Positions 1 through 13,911 of a stretch of DNA of 64,000 bases are shown in pieces (within the stretch, counting starts at the first letter, position 1; each line of letters opens with the position of its first letter). Position numbers and translations under genes: made by a program. Source of the DNA: Anaeramoeba ignava BMAN (Eukaryota > Protista > Anaeramoebae); NCBI GenBank assembly GCA_028826165.1, contig JAPDFW010000079.1, forward strand, positions 319,758 through 383,757. The letters run 5' to 3'. The notes below the pieces were generated by a model that searched no databases, was not told the origin of the DNA, and saw only the letters and a program-made list of their open reading frames with translations.

Positions 1-1010
1 AATTTATAATTTTATTTATAATTTAATTTATAATTTTATTTATATTTTAATTTATAATTTTATTTATAATTTAAATTTTTATTTTATAATTTAATTTATA
101 ATTTTATTTATAATTTTATTTATGAATTTTATTTATAATTTAATTTATAATTTTATTTTTATAATTTATTTAATTTTTTATATTTTATTTATAATTTTAA
201 TTTAATTTATAATTTTAATTTATTTATAATTTAATTTATAATTTTTATTTATATTTTTTAGTATAATTTTATTTATAATTTAATTTATAATTTTATTTAT
301 AATTTAATTTTATTTTTTGAAATTTTATTTTAATTTTATTTAATTTATAATTTTTATTTATAATTTAATTTATAATTTTATTTATAATTTTATTTTTAAA
401 TTTTTTTATTTTTTTTGAATTTGATTTTAATTTTATTTTTAATTTATAATTTTATTTATAATTTTATTTTATAATTTAATTTATAAAAATTTAATTTTAT
501 TTATAATTTTATTTATAATTTTAATTTTATAATTTAATTTTTTATTTTTTTATTTTTTTAATTTTAATTTAATTTATAATTTAATTTATTTTATTATTTC
601 ATTTATTTTTTTTTTATTTTAATTTTATTTATAATTTTTATTTTTATTTTTATTTTTTTTTAATTTTAATTTAATTTATTTTTTAATTTAATTTTTTAAT
701 TTTTAATTTATAATTTAATTTATAATTTTAATTTATAATTTTAATTTATAATTTTAATTTATAATTTTATTTATATTTAATTTATAATTTAATTTATAAT
801 TTATTTATAATTTAATTTATAATTTAATTTATAATTTTATTTATAATTTAATTTATAATTTAATTTATAATTTTATTTAGAAATTTAAATTATAATTTAA
901 TCTATAATTTTATTTATAATTTAATTTATAATTTTATTTATAATTTTATTTATAATTTTATTTATAATTTTATTTATAATTTTATTTATAATTTAATTTA
1001 TAATTTTATT
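1..1010. repeat. Degenerate 12-bp AT-only tandem repeat (TTTATAATTT[T/A]A)n
   Basis: Directly visible; nearly G/C-free. Confidence 0.9.
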
Positions 1011-1100
1011 TATAATGGAAATTTTTGCTTTTTTAATGGAAGAAAAAGATCAAATTGTAATTTAATTTATAATTTAATTTTTTATAATTTTTTTATTTTT

Positions 1101-1361
1101 TTATTTTATTTTGTTACTTTCAATTCGGAAATTCTTTTTTTCTAGATTGAATTTATTGAAATCTTTTTTTGTTTCAGTTTCAGTTTCAATTTGCATTTTT
1201 TTTTCATTTTGTTTTTTTGATTGAAGTTGATTTATTTGTTTAGAATTATTTTTATGTTTTTTATTTTTATTTTTATTTTTATTTTTATTTTTTTCTTTTT
1301 CTTTTTCTTGATTTTGATTAATTTCTTCAATAATTTTATTATCAATATTAATAAAACTCAT
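1101..1361 (-). CDS. Possible first exon or short low-complexity (K/N/E/Q-rich) hypothetical protein
   Basis: ATG at 1361 (MSFINID...) with coding-like composition and a possible GTAAC donor near 1116. I could not find a convincing downstream exon. Confidence 0.3.
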   Translation of the reverse strand: MSFINIDNKIIEEINQNQEKEKEKNKNKNKNKNKKHKNNSKQINQLQSKKQNEKKMQIETETETKKDFNKFNLEKKNFRIESNKIK

Positions 1362-1629
1362 TGAAAAAAAAAATTTAATAAAAAAAAAATGAAAAAAAAA
1401 TTTTTTTGTTTTTTTATTTTTCATTTTTTTTTCTACTTTCATTTACTTTTTTTTAATTTTTCTCTTTTCATTCTTTCTTTTTTTTTTCTTTTATTTTTTA
1501 TTTTCTTATTGTTTATTTGTGTGTTTTTCTTTTTTTAATTAATTTTTCTTATTTGGATCTACTTTAATTAAACAAAAGTAAACAAAATGAAAATAATTAC
1601 AAAAAAAATAATTAATTATTGATAGTTCC

Positions 1630-3597
1630 AATTTATATTTTATTTTATAATTTTATTTATAATTTAATTTATAATTTTATTTATAATTTTATTTATAATT
1701 TAATTTATAATTTAATTTATAATTTTATTTATAATTTTATTTATAATTTTATTTATAATTTAATTTATAATTTTATTTATAATTTTATTTATAATTTTAT
1801 TTATAATTTAATTTATAATTTAATTTATAATTTTATTTATAATTTTATTTTTAAATTTTATTTATAATTTTATTTATAATTTTATTTATAATTTAATTTA
1901 TAATTTAATTTATAATTTTATTTATAATTTAATTTATAATTTTAATTTATAATTTAATTTATAATTTATTTATATTTTTATTTATAATTTTATTTATAAT
2001 TTAATTTATAATTTATTTATATTTTTATTTTATTTTAATTTTTATTTTTATAATTTAATTTATAATTTTTATTTATAATTTTATTTATAATTTTATTTAT
2101 AATTTTATTTATATTTATAATTTTATTTATAATTTAATTTATAATTTTATTTATAATTTTATTTATAATTTTATTTTATAATTTTATTTATAATTTTATT
2201 TATTATTTAATTTATAATTTTTATTTATTATTTAATTTATAATTTTATTTATAATTTTATTTATAATTTTATTTTATTTATATTTTTTATTTATAATTTA
2301 ATTTATAATTTTAATTTATAATTTAATTTATAATTTTATTTATAATTTTATTTATAATTTTATTTTATAATTTTAATTTATAATTTTAATTTATAATTTT
2401 ATTTATAATTTTAATTTATAATTTAATTTATAATTTAATTTATAATTTTATTTATAATTTTATTTATAATTTTATTTATAATTTTATTTATTATTTTATT
2501 TATAATTTTATTTATAATTTTATTTATAATTTTATTTATAATTTTTATTTATAATTTTAATTTATAATTTAATTTATAATTTTAATTTATAATTTTAATT
2601 TATAATTTTATTTATAATTTTATTTATAATTTGTTATAATTTTATTTATAATTTTATTTATAATTTAATTTATATTTTTAATTTATAATTTAATTTATAA
2701 TTTTTATTTATAATTTTATTTATAATTTAATTTATAATTTTTATTTATAATTTAATTTATAATTTTTATTTATAATTTAATTTATAATTTAATTTATAAT
2801 TTAATTTATATTTTTTTATTTTATTTTTATTTTTATTTAATTTATTTTTTTATTTTTTTAATTTAATTTTATTTATAATTTTATTTTAATTTTAATTTAT
2901 AATTTAATTTATAATTTTATTTATAATTTAATTTATAATTTTAATTTATTATTTTTATTTATAATTTAATTTTATAATTTAATTTATAATTTAATTTATA
3001 ATTTTATTTATAATTTTATTTATTATTTAATTTATTATTTTATTTATTATTTTTATTTATAATTTTATTTATAATTTAATTTATAATTTTATTTATAATT
3101 TTATTTATAATTTTATTTATATTTTTATTTATAATTTTATTTATATTTTTTATTTATAATTTTATTTATAATTTTAATTTTATAATTTTATTTATAATTT
3201 TATTTATATTTTATTTATAATTTTATTTATAATTTTATTTATAATTTTATTTATTATTTAATTTATAATTTTATTTATAATTTAATTTATAATTTTATTT
3301 ATATTTTAATTTATAATTTAATTTATAATTTAATTTATAATTTAATTTATAATTTAATTTATAATTTAATTTATAATTTTATTTATAATTTTATTTATAA
3401 TTTTATTTATAATTTTATTTATAATTTTATTTATAATTTAATTTATAATTTTATTAATAATTTTATTTAATTTATAATTTTATTTATAATTTAATTTATA
3501 ATTTAATTTATAATTTTATTTATAATTTAATTTATAATTTTATTTATAATTTTATTTATAATTTTATTTATAATTTTATTTATAATTTTATTTATTA
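1630..3597. repeat. 12-bp tandem repeat (TTTATAATTT[T/A]A)n, ~2 kb
   Basis: Same unit as 1-1010; ends in TTAG just before the ATG at 3605. Confidence 0.92.
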
Positions 3598-3604
3598 GTT
3601 AAAA

Positions 3605-6477
3605 ATGGTAGATAATGATTTTCATTCTCCTTTTTTATCGGAAAACAAAAACAGATTTCAAACTCCAAAACCTTCAAAAATTCAAAACATGTTCTATTTT
3701 CCAAAAAAAAATCCGCATTTCACTGATCCAATACCGATAAATAAATTTCCAAGGGATTTATCTAAAATTCTTTCTAGATCTCCTCGTGATTTAATTCAAA
3801 AAAGAAATTCCAAATTTACTTTTAGTAATTTGTTTAATATGAATTCAAAAAACAAATCACAAAATGATTCAAATTATGAAGATGATTTAAATTATGAAGA
3901 TGATTTAAATTACGAAAATGATCCCAATTATGAAAATGATTCAAATTATGAAAAATATTCAATTTATGAAGATGATTCAGATTTTGAAAAAGATTCTCTT
4001 TATCAAGATGATTCAGATTATCAAACATATTCAAATTTTGAAAAAGATTTAATTTATAAAGATGATTCAAATTTTGAAAAAGATTCAAATGTTAAAGATG
4101 ATTCAAATTTCGAAAAAGATTCAAATTATCAAAATGATAAAGATTATCAAAATGATAAAGATTATCAAATTGATAAAAATTATCAAATTGATAAAGATTA
4201 TCAAATTGATAAAAATTATCAAATTGATAAAGATTATAAAATTGATGAAGATTATCAAAATGATAAAGATTATCAAAATGATAAAGATTATAAAAGTGAT
4301 CCAGATTATCAAAATGCTCCAAATTATCAAAATGATCCAGATTTTCAAAATGATTCAAATTTTGAAAATGATCCAAATTTTCAAAAAGATTTGAATTATC
4401 GAAATGATCCAAATTTTCACAAAGATTTGAATTTTGAAAATGATCCAAATTTTCAAAAAGATTTGAATTTTGAAAATGATCCAAATTTTCAAAAAGATTT
4501 GAATTTTGAAAATGACTCAGAATTTCAAAACTATAGAGAATTTCAAGAAGATTTAGATTTAGATTTAGATTTGGATTTGGATTTAGATTTGGATTTGGAT
4601 TATAATAAGGATTTAAACTTTGAAAAAGAATCAATCAGAAACGATCAGACAGGTAATTTATTTTCTGAATCAACATTACAACTTTTTAATTTGTTATTTA
4701 TTTATCATTTAATTTTCGAAATTTAGTTCCGAATCCTTCTCAAAATAAATCATTTCAATCCAAAAAATCATTAGAAAAATTGAATTTTTTGGATTCCAAA
4801 TTGGAAAGTAGATCAATCGATAATTTATTTCCATTTTCAAAAATACCAGAACTTCCATCCAAAACAAAAACAAAAACAAGAAGAAGACATAATTCAGTGA
4901 AGCAAAAATCAACCCATTCTCCATTTTTATTCTCAAAACAAAGTCATTTTCGATCGGATTATCCAAATTTATATGAGCATATGAATAAAAAATCTCCAAA
5001 AAACTTAAAATTAAAAGAAAATGAAAAATCAAAATTAAATCAGAAACAAAACCAAGAATTATCTGAAGAAAATTTCAATCAAATTGATTTTTCAAAAACA
5101 TCAAATTTATTGAATAAATCAAAAACTGAAGAATTGATCAATAAATATATTAATGGAAATGGAAATGGAATTGATTTTAATGAAGATATTGGGAATCAAA
5201 TTGAACATTCTGGAAATGAAAATGAATATAATGAAAATGAATATAATGAAAATTATAATTTGGAAAATCACAATTCAATAAATAATAAAATTGAAAATCA
5301 ACATCAACACCTTATAAAAAATATAAATACAGGAAATGGAAAAAATCCTTCTTTCTCAAATTACCAAAATCCAAATCAATACCAAAATTTATTGTCTCAA
5401 GAAAATGAACAAATTTATGAAGATAAAAAAGATGATATTTTGAAAATATTATCTCAATTAATTCAAAAAAAAGAAGAAGAAACACAACAAAAAAACGTTC
5501 AAGAAAACCAAATCGAAATTGAAATTCAACATCAAATTGAGCATTTTAATTTAAACGAATCTAATCAAATATTCCAAAAAAAAGTAAATGAGTGGAAAAA
5601 TGATTTTTGGAACAAAATTACAAAATTTATGGATCAAATGACTACACCATTTGGCACACAATTTTACCCGCTTTCAATTCTGAAAAACCAAATTTCTTCA
5701 ATTACAACTCAACAAACTTCTGAATCAGCAAAAATGGTTGAAAATATTTTTGAAAACTCATTCAAATCACATTTCCCAAACATTTTGGATAAATTAATCA
5801 ATAATAACCAAAAAATTGTTGAGCAGAATTTATTGCTACTTCTCAAACAATCTAATAATCAAAAAATTCAAGTTAAAAATGTGGATCAAACAAAAAATCT
5901 ATTCCAGGATTTTTCTCAAAATTTAAACAATAAATTCACTTTCATAAAAACAGAAGAATTAGAAAAAGAAATTAACGAAAAAAAAGAAGATTCATTGCAA
6001 TCAATATTAAATTCATTATCGAAAAAGCTTGAGGAATTCAAGTCTTCTTTTTCTCAGTTAAAATTCAATATCGAATCAAATTATCCAAATCAAACTCAAG
6101 AAACAAATGAAAATTTCTCCCAAAATTTCAATTTGTTGAGTTTTCTTTCTTCAAATTCAAAAAATTTCATTCAACAATTAAGTCAAATTGATCCTCATCA
6201 ATTTTTTCAAACAAGAAATTTTGATCCTCAAACAATTAATGTTTTATCAATAAATCTTTGTGGTATTCTTGAAGGAAACCCAGAGATTGCTTTAAAATGG
6301 ATTTATTTAATGCTCTTTTATAACAAAGATTTTTTTCATCAAAATTCAACAACTTTATCTCAAATTAATTTTTCTTTATATCAATTTATTCAGAAAACTC
6401 ATTTCCAATCAAAAAATCAAATTCTCATTTCACAAAAAGCACTTGAATTAATTGAATCAATTTTTATGGAAATTTAA
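3605..6477 (+). CDS. Two-exon protein (3605-4652, 4727-6477): acidic hexapeptide repeats, coiled coil, possible EDC4/Ge-1-like C-terminal helical domain
   Basis: GT..AG intron 4653-4726 (phase 1) joins the two ORFs in frame (..DQT-V-PNPS..). The C-terminal QIDPHQFF...VLSINLCGILEGNPEIALKWI resembles the EDC4 C-terminus by eye only. Confidence 0.7.
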
Positions 6478-6645
6478 ACAAACTAATTGAATGTTTGTTA
6501 TGTTATTTTGTTTCTTTGTTTGATTTTTAAATTTTTTGATTTTTTGATTTTTTGAATTGATTCCATTATTTAGTAATTAGTTTGAAAAAGCAAAAGAAAT
6601 TGAAAAGAAATTTTTAAAATTAAATTGAAAATTTTTTATATTTTT

Positions 6646-9600
6646 TTATTTAATTGAAATTGATTGTGAAATTGAAGAGAAAAATTCTTGTCCTTTTTTT
6701 GATTCTTTGACTCCCCAAAGTTTAATAGAAGAATCATCAGAACTTGTTGCAAGAATAGGTTCATAAGGATGAAATGTAGCTGAATAAACAATACTATTAT
6801 GTCCTTCAATAACTTGATAAATTGAATTTTGAGAATTTTCAATAATTTCAAAAATATAAATTTTGTGATCAGAACTTCCAGTAGCAACAAGTGTTTTTTC
6901 ATTTATTTTCGAATCAGAATCACTTGAAATTGTTCTAAAAAAAAAAAATTTGTCAAAAGAAAAAGAAAATTAAAAAAAGCAAAAATTTTTTTCGTTTTTT
7001 TTTTTTTTTTTTACGAAGTTTTTGAATTTGAATGAAAATAAGAATCTTTTCCAACAAATATTGAATTTTTAATTGGCCAATTTTTATTTGTATGACCAAT
7101 AAAACTTGTTATTAATTTCATTTTTGGTTGTTGATAAATACGAAGAACTAAAGAAAGAAAACAAATTTTTTTAGTTTTAATTTAATTTTAATTTTAATTT
7201 TAATTTTAATTTTAATTTTAATTTTAATTTTAATTTTAATTTTAATTTTAATTTTAATTTTAATTTTAATTTTAATTTTAATTTTAATTTTAATTTTAAT
7301 TTTAATTTTAATTTTAATTTTAATTTTAATTTTAATTTTAGTTTTAATTTAATTTTTAATTTTAATTTACTATTATCGAAAGAATTAACTGCAATTAATG
7401 TTCTATCAAATCTTTCTTTTTTTTCATGACGTGAACGTCTTAAATCAAAATAATCATTACTTGATCCAATATAAGAAATTGGGCGATCTGAGGATTGAAT
7501 TGAATTCAAAGGTTCATTCATTTTTCTCAAATCAAAAAATTTTAAAATTCCTTTTCCAATTTTAAATTTAAAATTTAATTTTTTATCCGATTTTAATTTT
7601 TTATCCGATTTTAATTTTAATTTTAATTTTAATTTTAATTTTAATTTTAATTTTAATTTTTTATCCGATTTTGATTTTAATTTTGATTTTTGATTTTAAT
7701 TTTAATTTTAATTTTAATTTTAATTTTAATTTTAATTTTAATTTTAATTTTTATCCAAATTTAATTTTAAATTTACCCTTTGAATCACCAATAACTAAAG
7801 ATGAATAATTTTTAAAAGCTTTCATTGTATTGACTACACTATCATTTTTAATTATAGAAACAATAGAACCACGATTTTTATCATGTTTACGTTTATCTAA
7901 AACATAAACCATTTTATTTGAACATCCAGAAAAAAAAATATTTTGTTGTTCTGGATGAAATTCAATTGATTGAATCAATGCATTTTCAGGAAGTAAATAT
8001 GTTTCATATTCTTCAGGTTCTGTTAAATTAAATAATGTAAGTTGTCTATCATATCCTCCTGAAAGTATATAATTTGAATCTCTTGTCCATTGAATATCTA
8101 ATATCATTTGTTTATGATCTCCTTTCAAAATAATTGGCTAATTTTTATTTTAATTTTAATTTTGATTATGATTTTGATTTTGATTTTGATTTTAATTTTG
8201 ATTTTGATTTTGATTTTAATTTTAATTTTAATTTTAATTTTGATTTTAATTTTAATTTTAATTTTAATTTTGATTTTGATTTTGATTTTGATTTTGATTT
8301 TAATTTTAATTTTAATTTTTATTTTGGATTTAATTTTAATTTTAATTTTGATTTTAATTTTGATTTTAATTTTAATTTTGATTTTAATTTTGATTTTAAT
8401 TTTAATTTTAATTTTGATTTTAATTTTGATTTTAATTTTGATTTTAATTTTGATTTTTATTCTAATTTTGATTTTAATTTTGATTTTAATTTTGATTTTT
8501 ATTCTTATTTTGATTTTGATTTTAATTTTAATTTTGATTTTAATTTTGATTTTGATTTTTATTTTAATTTTAATTTTGATTTTAATTTTAATTTTGATTT
8601 TAATTTTGATTTTTATTTTGATTTTGATTTTAATTTTAATTTTAATTTTGATTTTGATTTTGATTTTGATTTTGATTTTGATTTTGATTTTGATTTGAAT
8701 TTTGATTTTAATTTTGATTTTAAATGTTTATTTGAGATAATCTCATAAAAAATAACAAAAATACTTCGTTATTTGAATCTCTCCAGATTCTAACTGTTTG
8801 ATCATAAGAACAAGAAGCAAGAAATTTCCCACAATAAGAAAATTTAGTTGTATAAACAGCACCTGTATGACCCTATCAATAATAAATTTGTTAAAAAAGT
8901 TTTTATCAAAATTTTTTGAAAATAAATTGATTTTATTTTGTTGATTCAAATAAAAATACTCTAAGTTCATCAAGAAAAGTAAAATGTCCTTTATCTTTTG
9001 ATTGATCTTCATTTTCTATTAAGCAATTTTATTTGAAAATAAATTTAAATTAAATTTAAAATAAACTTGGAAATAAATTTGGAAATAAATTTGGAAATAA
9101 ATTTGGAAATAAATTTGGAAATAAATTTGAAAATAAATTTGAAAATAAACTTGATGTTAATTTTGATAAAAATTTGGAAATAAATTTGAAAATAAATTTG
9201 GAAATAAACTTTAAAATAAACTTTAAAATAAATTTGGAAATAAATTTGAAAATAAATTTGAAAATAAATTTGAAAATAAATTTGAAAATAAATTTGAAAA
9301 TAAATTTGGAAATAAATTTGGAAATAAATTTGGAAATAAATTTGGAAATAAATTTGGAAATAAATTTGAAAATAAATTTGAAAATAAATTTGGAAATAAA
9401 TTTGAAAATAAATTTGGAAATAAATTTGGAAATAAATTTGGAAATAAATTTGGAAATAAATTTGGAAATAAATTTGAAAATAAATTTGAAAATAAATTTG
9501 GAAATAAATTTGGAAATAAATTTGAAAATAAATTTGGAAATAAATTTGGAAATAAATTTGGAAATAAATTTGGAAATAAATTTGGAAATAAATTTGGAAA

Positions 9601-10479
9601 TAAATTTGAAAATAAATTTGAAAATAAATTTGGAAATAAATTTGGAAATAAATTTGAAAATAAATTTGAAAATAAATTTGGAAATAAATTTGGAAATAAA
9701 TTTGGAAATAAATTTGGAAATAAATTTGAAAATAAATTTGAAAATAAATTTGGAAATAAATTTGGAAATAAACTTTAAAATAAATTTGAAAATAAATTTG
9801 AAAATAAATTTGAAAATAAATTTGGAAATAAATTTGAAAATAAATTTGGAAATAAATTTGGAAATAAATTTGAAAATAAATTTGGAAATAAATTTGGAAA
9901 TAAATTTGGAAATAAATTTGAAAATAAATTTGGAAATAAATTTGAAAATAAATTTGAAAATAAATTTGGAAATAAATTTGAAAATAAACTTGGAAATAAA
10001 TTTGGAAATTAATTTGGAAATTAGTTTGAAAATAAATTTGGAAATAAACTTAAACTTGATGTTAATTTTGATAAAAATTTTATTCAAACAAATCTAGATT
10101 TAAATAAAAAATAATTTCAAATTAACCTTGATTATTTAATTGAGATGAAAAATTAAACGAATGATCTGAATGTTCTTTAATAAAAAACTTATCAATTTCT
10201 CCCTAAAAATAAAATTTGAAAAAAAATTGCTTTTGTTTTTAAAGAAAAATTCATCATAAATTTGAATTCAAAAAATACTTGATGAATTGGTTGATATTTT
10301 TTTCCTGAACTTTCAAATTGAAAAAGAAGATTATTATAATGATAACTTAATTCAAAAATTGATCTTTTTAAATCAATATTTTCTTTTTCAAATTGATCGA
10401 ATTTTTTTTTTAAAATTTTATTTTCTTTTGAAATTGTTTTGAGATGATTTTTATAATAATTTTCGGAATTTGAATCCAT
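6646..10479 (-). CDS. WD40-repeat protein with N-terminal coiled coil, 8 exons (10479-10279, 10202-10127, 9015-8960, 8872-8765, 8137-7777, 7550-7371, 7147-7015, 6934-6646; ~467 aa)
   Basis: All 7 introns are GT-AG and phase-consistent. WD motifs: GHTGAVYTTKFS..LASCSYDQTVRIW, HKQMILDIQW..ILSGGYD, GHNSIVYSATFHP..LATSSDDSSIKLW. Confidence 0.9.
7175..7368. repeat. (TTTTAA)n microsatellite in WD40 intron
   Basis: Direct. Confidence 0.9.
8142..8722. repeat. (TTTT[A/G]A)n microsatellite in WD40 intron
   Basis: Direct. Confidence 0.9.
9058..10050. repeat. 12-bp minisatellite (AAATAAATTTG[G/A])n in the 1.1 kb WD40 intron 2
   Basis: Direct; the spurious ORFs 9056/9174 are its translations. Confidence 0.92.
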
Positions 10480-10529
10480 TTAAAACTTTTCTAAAAATGA
10501 AAAATGAAAAATGAAAAATGAAAAATGAA

Positions 10530-12780
10530 AATTTGATATAAAATTGATATAAAATTGATATAAAATTGATTTAAAATTGATTTAAAATTAATATAAAATT
10601 AATATAAAATTGATTTAAAATTGATATAAAATTAATTTAAAATTGATTTAAAATTGATTTAAAACTTTTCTAAAAATGAAAAATGAAAAATGAAAATTTG
10701 ATTTAAAATTAATTTAAAATTGATATAAAATTGATTTAAAATTGATTTAAAATTGATTTAAAATTGATATAAAATTAATATAAAATTGATATAAAATTGA
10801 TATAAAATTGATTTAAAATTAATATAAAATTGATTTAAAATTGATTTAAAATTAATATAAAATTAATATAAAATTGATATAAAATTGATATAAAATTAAT
10901 ATAAAATTAATTTAAAATTGATATAAAATTGATATAAAATTGATATAAAATTGATATAAAATTGATATAAAATTGATTTAAAATTGATATAAAATTGATA
11001 TAAAATTGATATAAAATTGATATAAAATTAATATAAAATTGATATAAAATTAATATAAAATTGATATATAAAATTGATATAAAATTAATATAAAATTAAT
11101 TTTAAAATTGATTTAAAATTAATTTAAAATTGATATAAAATTGATATAAAATTGATATAAAATTAATATAAAATTGATATAAAATTGATTTAAAATTGAT
11201 TTAAAATTGATTTAAAATTGATTTAAAATTGATTTAAAATTGATTTAAAATTGATTTAAAATTGATTTAAAATTGATTTAAAATTGATATAAAATTAATA
11301 TAAAATTGATATAAAATTGATTTAAAATTGATATAAAATTAATATAAAATTGATTTAAAATTGATTTAAAATTAATATAAAATTGATATAAATTGATATA
11401 AAATTGATATAAAATTATCATAAAATTGATATAAAATTGATTTAAAATTGATATAAAATTAATTAAAATTGATATAAAATTGATTTAAAATTAATATAAA
11501 ATTGATATAAAATTGATTTAAAATTGATATAAAATTGATTTAAAATTGATATAAAATTAATATAAAATTAATTTAAAATTGATATAAAATTGATATAAAA
11601 TTAATTTAAAATTGATTTAAAATTGATTTAAAATTGATTTAAAAATTGATATAAAATTGATATAAAATTGATATAAAATTGATATAAAATTGATATAAAA
11701 TTGATTTAAAATTAATTTAAAATTGATATAAAATTGATATAAAATTGATATAAAATTGATATAAAATTGATATAAAATTAATATAAAATTGATATAAAAT
11801 TAATATAAAATTGATATAAAATTGATTTAAAATTGATTTAAAATTAATATAAAATTGATATAAAATTGATAAAATTGATTTAAAATTAATTTAAAATTGA
11901 TATAAAATTAATATAAAATTGATATAAAATTGATATAAAATTAATTTAAAATTAATATAAAATTGATATAAAATTGATTTAAAATTAATATAAAATTGAT
12001 ATATAAAATTGATTTAAAATTAATTTAAAATTGATATAAAATTGATTTTAAAATTAATATAAAATTGATTTAAAATTGATTTAAAATTGATATAAAATTG
12101 ATATAAAATTGATATAAAATTGATATAAAATTAATATAAAATTGATTTAAAATTGATTTAAAATTGATATAAAATTGATATAAAATTAATATAAAATTGA
12201 TTTAAAATTGATTTAAAATTGATATAAAATTGATTTAGAATTGATATAAAATTGATATAAAATTGATTTTAAAATTAATTTAAAATTGATATAAAATTGA
12301 TATAAAATTGATTTAAAATTGATATAAAATTAATATAAAATTGATATAAAATTGATTTAAAATTGATTTAAAATTAATATAAAATTGATATAAAATTGAT
12401 ATAAAATTAATTTAAAATTAATATAAAATTAATATAAAATTAATTTAAAATTGATTTAAAATTGATATAAAATTGATATAAAATTGATATAAAATTGATA
12501 TAAAATTAATATAAAATTGATTTAAAATTAATTTAAAATTGATATAAAATTAATATAAAATTGATATAAAATTGATTTAAAATTGATATAAAATTGATTT
12601 AAAATTAATTTAAAATTGATATAAAATTGATATAAAATTGATATAAAATTGATATAAAATTGATATAAAATTGATTTAAAATTGATTTAAAATTAATATA
12701 AAATTGATTTAAAATTGATTTAAAATTAATATAAAATTAATTTAAAATTGATTTAAAATTAATTTAAAATTGATTTTAAA
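10530..12780. repeat. 10-bp tandem array (AAAATT[G/A]AT[A/T])n, ~2.2 kb
   Basis: Direct. Confidence 0.95.
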
Positions 12781-12917
12781 AAGAAATGAATTTATTTGTT
12801 TTGTGTTGTTTTGTTAAAAAAAAAGTATCAAGAAGAAGAAAAAGAAAAAGAAGAATTTTTCTTTTTGTTTTTTAAAAGGAAGAAAAAAGAGAAATTTTTT
12901 TGGAAAGGAAGAAAAAA

Positions 12918-13545
12918 TTATCTGTAACCTTTCAATTTCTCTTTTAACCAATCAGAAGTAAGAACTGAAGTTTCCTGGACATCATAAACATGGACAGATT
13001 TGATTTCATCCATGATAGTAATTTTAGTACTTGTGTAAATCATGTTTGTATAAGTATTTAAACCAGGAGGACAATAAAAGATAAAAATAATTGGAATAGA
13101 AAATCTTGAATAAGCATCGGAAACATCATGAACGTGCTTATAACTATACACTATATATCTTGGTGCTGCTGATGGTAATTCTTCAGCAATCTCCTCAATT
13201 GTCGTTTCAGATAATTTCTTATCAACTATAACTTCTTTAGTTTTCATATCAATTTTTACTTTATTTTTTTTTAATTAATTAATATTATTTTTTATTATTT
13301 TTTATTTTTATTTTTACAAATTAATGCTGTGTTAATTTCCTGTTTTCCAAATGAAAGTGTTTTGTATTGATCTCTAAAATCTTCACTTAATTCACAAATT
13401 CCAAAACTCTAATTTTATAATTTTAATTTTAATTTTAATTTTTAATTTTAATTTTAATTTTAATTTTAATTTTTAATTTTTAATTTTAATTTTAATTTTA
13501 ATATTAATTTTAATTTTAATTTTAATTTTTAATTTTAAATACCAT
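12918..13545 (-). CDS. GMF: Glia maturation factor (ADF-H family); exons 13545-13543 (ATG only), 13408-13318, 13258-12918
   Basis: EELPSAAPRYIVYSYKHVHD..RFSIPIIFIFYCPPG..MIY matches the GMF motif. GT-AG introns are in phase. Confidence 0.88.
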
Positions 13546-13911
13546 TTTCTGTTATTTTTTTTTTTAAAAAGAAAAAGAAAAAAATGAAAAAAAATCAAAA
13601 TGAAAAAAAATTTAATTTTTTTAATTTTTAAATTCCACTTTTTTGATTTAATTAGAAAATTTTTTAAAATTAAAATTAAAATTAAAATTAAAAGGAAAAG
13701 AGTTTTTTTTTGATTATTTTTTATTCTTTTTGTTTTTTTGTTTTTTCCCATTAAAAAAAAGTAAAAAAAAAATAAACGGAATTGAAAAAAAAAAGAAAAA
13801 TTGAATTGAATTGAAAAAAAAGTAAAAAAAAAAAGAAAAAAAAGAAGAATTGAAATGGGAAAAGAAAATTCCGTTCATTTTGAAATTGAAATTGAATTTG
13901 AAAATTCATAA

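Noticed and set aside
1015-1060. Short island ATGGAAATTTTTGCT... as a micro-exon
   Set aside because: Open on both strands with no consistent splice partners; cannot assign
8108-10097. Long ORFs 8108, 8134, 9056 and 9174 (ILIL, FDFN, KINLE repeats)
   Set aside because: Translations of 6- and 12-bp microsatellites inside WD40 introns
10530-12780. CRISPR-like or telomeric array
   Set aside because: No unique spacers, no G-rich strand, internal location and eukaryotic context
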